Assembly: GCA_001643675.2 (NCBI GenBank)
Contig: LSRY02000003.1
Location: 1,488,001-1,552,000, forward strand
Length of the DNA: 64,000 nt
Direction of reading: 5' to 3'
Origin: Monocercomonoides exilis PA203
Lineage: Eukaryota > Protista > Preaxostyla
Below, in pieces: positions 61,652 through 64,000 of this stretch. Within the stretch, counting starts at the first letter, position 1. Every line of letters starts with the position of its first letter. Position numbers and translations under genes: made by a program. The notes beneath the pieces are model-generated. The model saw nothing but the letters and a program-made list of their open reading frames with translations, did no database searches and was not told the origin of the DNA.

Positions 61652-64000
61652 ATAATTTGATGATTTATTTTCATGAAAGATATAATTTCGATATTGCAGA
61701 TAATGCCCCAACAATCTCCTCTATTAACTTGAGAAATGGTTGAAATGTATGTATTTGGAAATGTGAGAATCTGAAAAAAATATTGGCATCTCAAATAAAT
61801 ACAAACTGTTTCGAATCACAGCCAATGACTGACAAACAACAGTTGATGATTTGAAAAGAAATGTTTTTTAATCAAAAAACTATAATCCACCGAAACATTT
61901 TTTTTTCTTTTTTTGAAATCCACAAATTTGGAAATTAATCTGTGAAATACAAAATTCAACTTTATTTTTAATGAAAACTAAAAAAAGAAAACAAGTGTGT
62001 GAGAAAAAAATAACATTTATAATAAATTATGAATAAACGAACAACGAAATGTATTTGTGGTGCTTCAAATATCCGAGGAGCTTTCGAAACAGTTGAGACT
62101 GCTATCGCACATATTTTTATTCAAAAGTCATTTTCTCAAAAAATTTTATCAGAATTTCTTTGATGAATAAATCTTCTGAGAAAATCAGTTTTATTTTGGT
62201 TGAATGTCAGAAACGGAGTTTGATTTCATGTATTGATAATACTCGTGAAATTGATGAAAATTTTGAATTTCTTCTTCGATTTTTAAAAAAACAGATCTGA
62301 GAACAATATTTCTTTCAATAAACATTCACTTTTTCATCCCAAATGAAATTCTGGAATGAATGAGATAATTGGAGATTATTTTTGAAATCATAACTTTTTT
62401 CGGTGAAAATACTTTTTTCTTCAATAATTGTTTTTCATATTAATGATTCAATAACTGTTTTTACATTATTTATTTTTCAAAATTGTTTAACTTATCTTTC
62501 AAAATTATTCAAATTCAGCATTTTTTTCAAAATTTAATTTGTGAAAAATAGGTTTTTGGATGAATGTTTGAAAGTGATGATGAATTAATATTCAGTTAAC
62601 ATTTGAAAAAAAGGATGAGAAATTGAACCTCGATTTTTATTGTTTGTGAATTAACTCGAAAATTTCTGATTTTTCGGGAAAAAATCATCTTCATGAAAAT
62701 CAGATAATTTTCAAATGAATTCACATCACATCGTGAAATTGCGCACAATTCTTTCAATAAAAGATATTGATATTTTAATATATTCCATAAAGCAATGAAT
62801 AATACATCAAGAATTCCGAAAGTGCATTGATAGATTTATTCAGATGTGAAAATTTTTTGTTTTCAGCATTTTGAATTGATGCTAATTAATTCCTTCAATT
62901 CACAAATGTGTTATCGAATAATGTGAGGTGAATTCATTTGAAAATTATCTGATTTTCATGAAGATGATTTTTTCCCGAAAAATCAGAAATTTTCGAGTTA
63001 ATTCACAAACAATAAAAATCGAGGTTCAATTTCTCATCCTTTTTTTCAAATGTTAACTGAATATTAATTCATCATCACTTTCAAACATTCATCCAAAAAC
63101 CTATTTTTCACAAATTAAATTTTGAAAAAAATGCTGAATTTGAATAATTTTGAAAGATAAGTTAAACAATTTTGAAAAATAAATAATGTAAAAACAGTTA
63201 TTGAATCATTAATATGAAAAACAATTATTGAAGAAAAAAGTATTTTCACCGAAAAAAGTTATGATTTCAAAAATAATCTCCAATTATCTCATTCATTCCA
63301 GAATTTCATTTGGGATGAAAAAGTGAATGTTTATTGAAAGAAATATTGTTCTCAGATCTGTTTTTTTAAAAATCGAAGAAGAAATTCAAAATTTTCATCA
63401 ATTTCACGAGTATTATCAATACATGAAATCAAACTCCGTTTCTGACATTCAACCAAAATAAAACTGATTTTCTCAGAAGATTTATTCATCAAAGAAATTC
63501 TGATAAAATTTTTTGAGAAAATGACTTTTGAATAAAAATATGTGCGATAGCAGTCTCAACTGTTTCGAAAGCTCCTCGGATATTTGAAGCACCACAAATA
63601 CATTTCGTTGTTCGTTTATTCATAATTTATTATAAATGTTATTTTTTTCTCACACACTTGTTTTCTTTTTTTAGTTTTCATTAAAAATAAAGTTGAATTT
63701 TGTATTTCACAGATTAATTTCCAAATTTGTGGATTTCAAAAAAAGAAAAAAAAATGTTTCGGTGGATTATAGTTTTTTGATTAAAAAACATTTCTTTTCA
63801 AATCATCAACTGTTGTTTGTCAGTCATTGGCTGTGATTCGAAACAGTTTGTATTTATTTGAGATGCCAATATTTTTTTCAGATTCTCACATTTCCAAATA
63901 CATACATTTCAACCATTTCTCAAGTTAATAGAGGAGATTGTTGGGGCATTATCTGCAATATCGAAATTATATCTTTCATGAAAATAAATCATCAAATTAT
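61652..64000. repeat. Palindrome P3 (visible part): left arm to 62724, spacer 62725-62927, right arm 62928 to window end
   Basis: Pairing sum 125652 (62701/62951; 61652/64000). Homologous to the P1 centre. Confidence 0.97.

Noticed and set aside
141-61794. Numerous 60-190-aa ORFs antisense to or overlapping the family genes and in purine/pyrimidine-skewed DNA
   Set aside because: Shadow or low-complexity frames. Their recurrence only reflects the DNA duplications.
1-64000. Palindromes as whole-genome-amplification or fold-back read artefacts
   Set aside because: P1 and P3 have homologous but diverged centres with palindrome-specific variants in both arms, and the arms differ by a MITE, a duplication and SNP patches. 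Raw reads are still needed for certainty.
1-64000. CRISPR arrays, tRNA/rRNA, telomeric repeats, transposase/recombinase genes
   Set aside because: None recognised by inspection.

Overview
AT-rich eukaryotic (protist-like) DNA. The GT-AG intron-like segments, an IQCH-like gene fragment and the Cys/Ser/Asn-rich GGA-motif proteins resemble oxymonad/metamonad genomes such as Monocercomonoides; this is an inference, not verified. The window is built almost entirely from three giant inverted repeats: P1 (centre ~11,825; arms >=9.4 kb), P2 (centre ~37,240; arms ~14.2-14.5 kb) and P3 (centre ~62,826; runs off the right edge). P1 and P3 are homologous and sit symmetrically around P2, so the locus reads as an alternating-orientation chain of a ~25.5 kb unit. 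The arms carry 15 copies (10 distinct sequences) of a predicted beta-helix surface/secreted protein family, all pointing away from the palindrome centres. Only the copies next to the P1/P3 centres have the signal peptide and N-terminal region. The rest are 5'-truncated cassettes, most sharing one breakpoint. The copies are patchworks of one another, with conserved framework and hypervariable loops. The window also shows a recent in-frame chimera, short conversion patches between otherwise identical arms, a 255-bp MITE whose TIR recurs at the P1/P3 cores, and a captured IQCH-like pseudogene. Overall it looks like a palindrome-housed, cassette-based surface-protein diversification locus (vlsE/pilE-like logic; hypothesis). 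No transposase, recombinase, RT, tRNA, rRNA or CRISPR was recognised.
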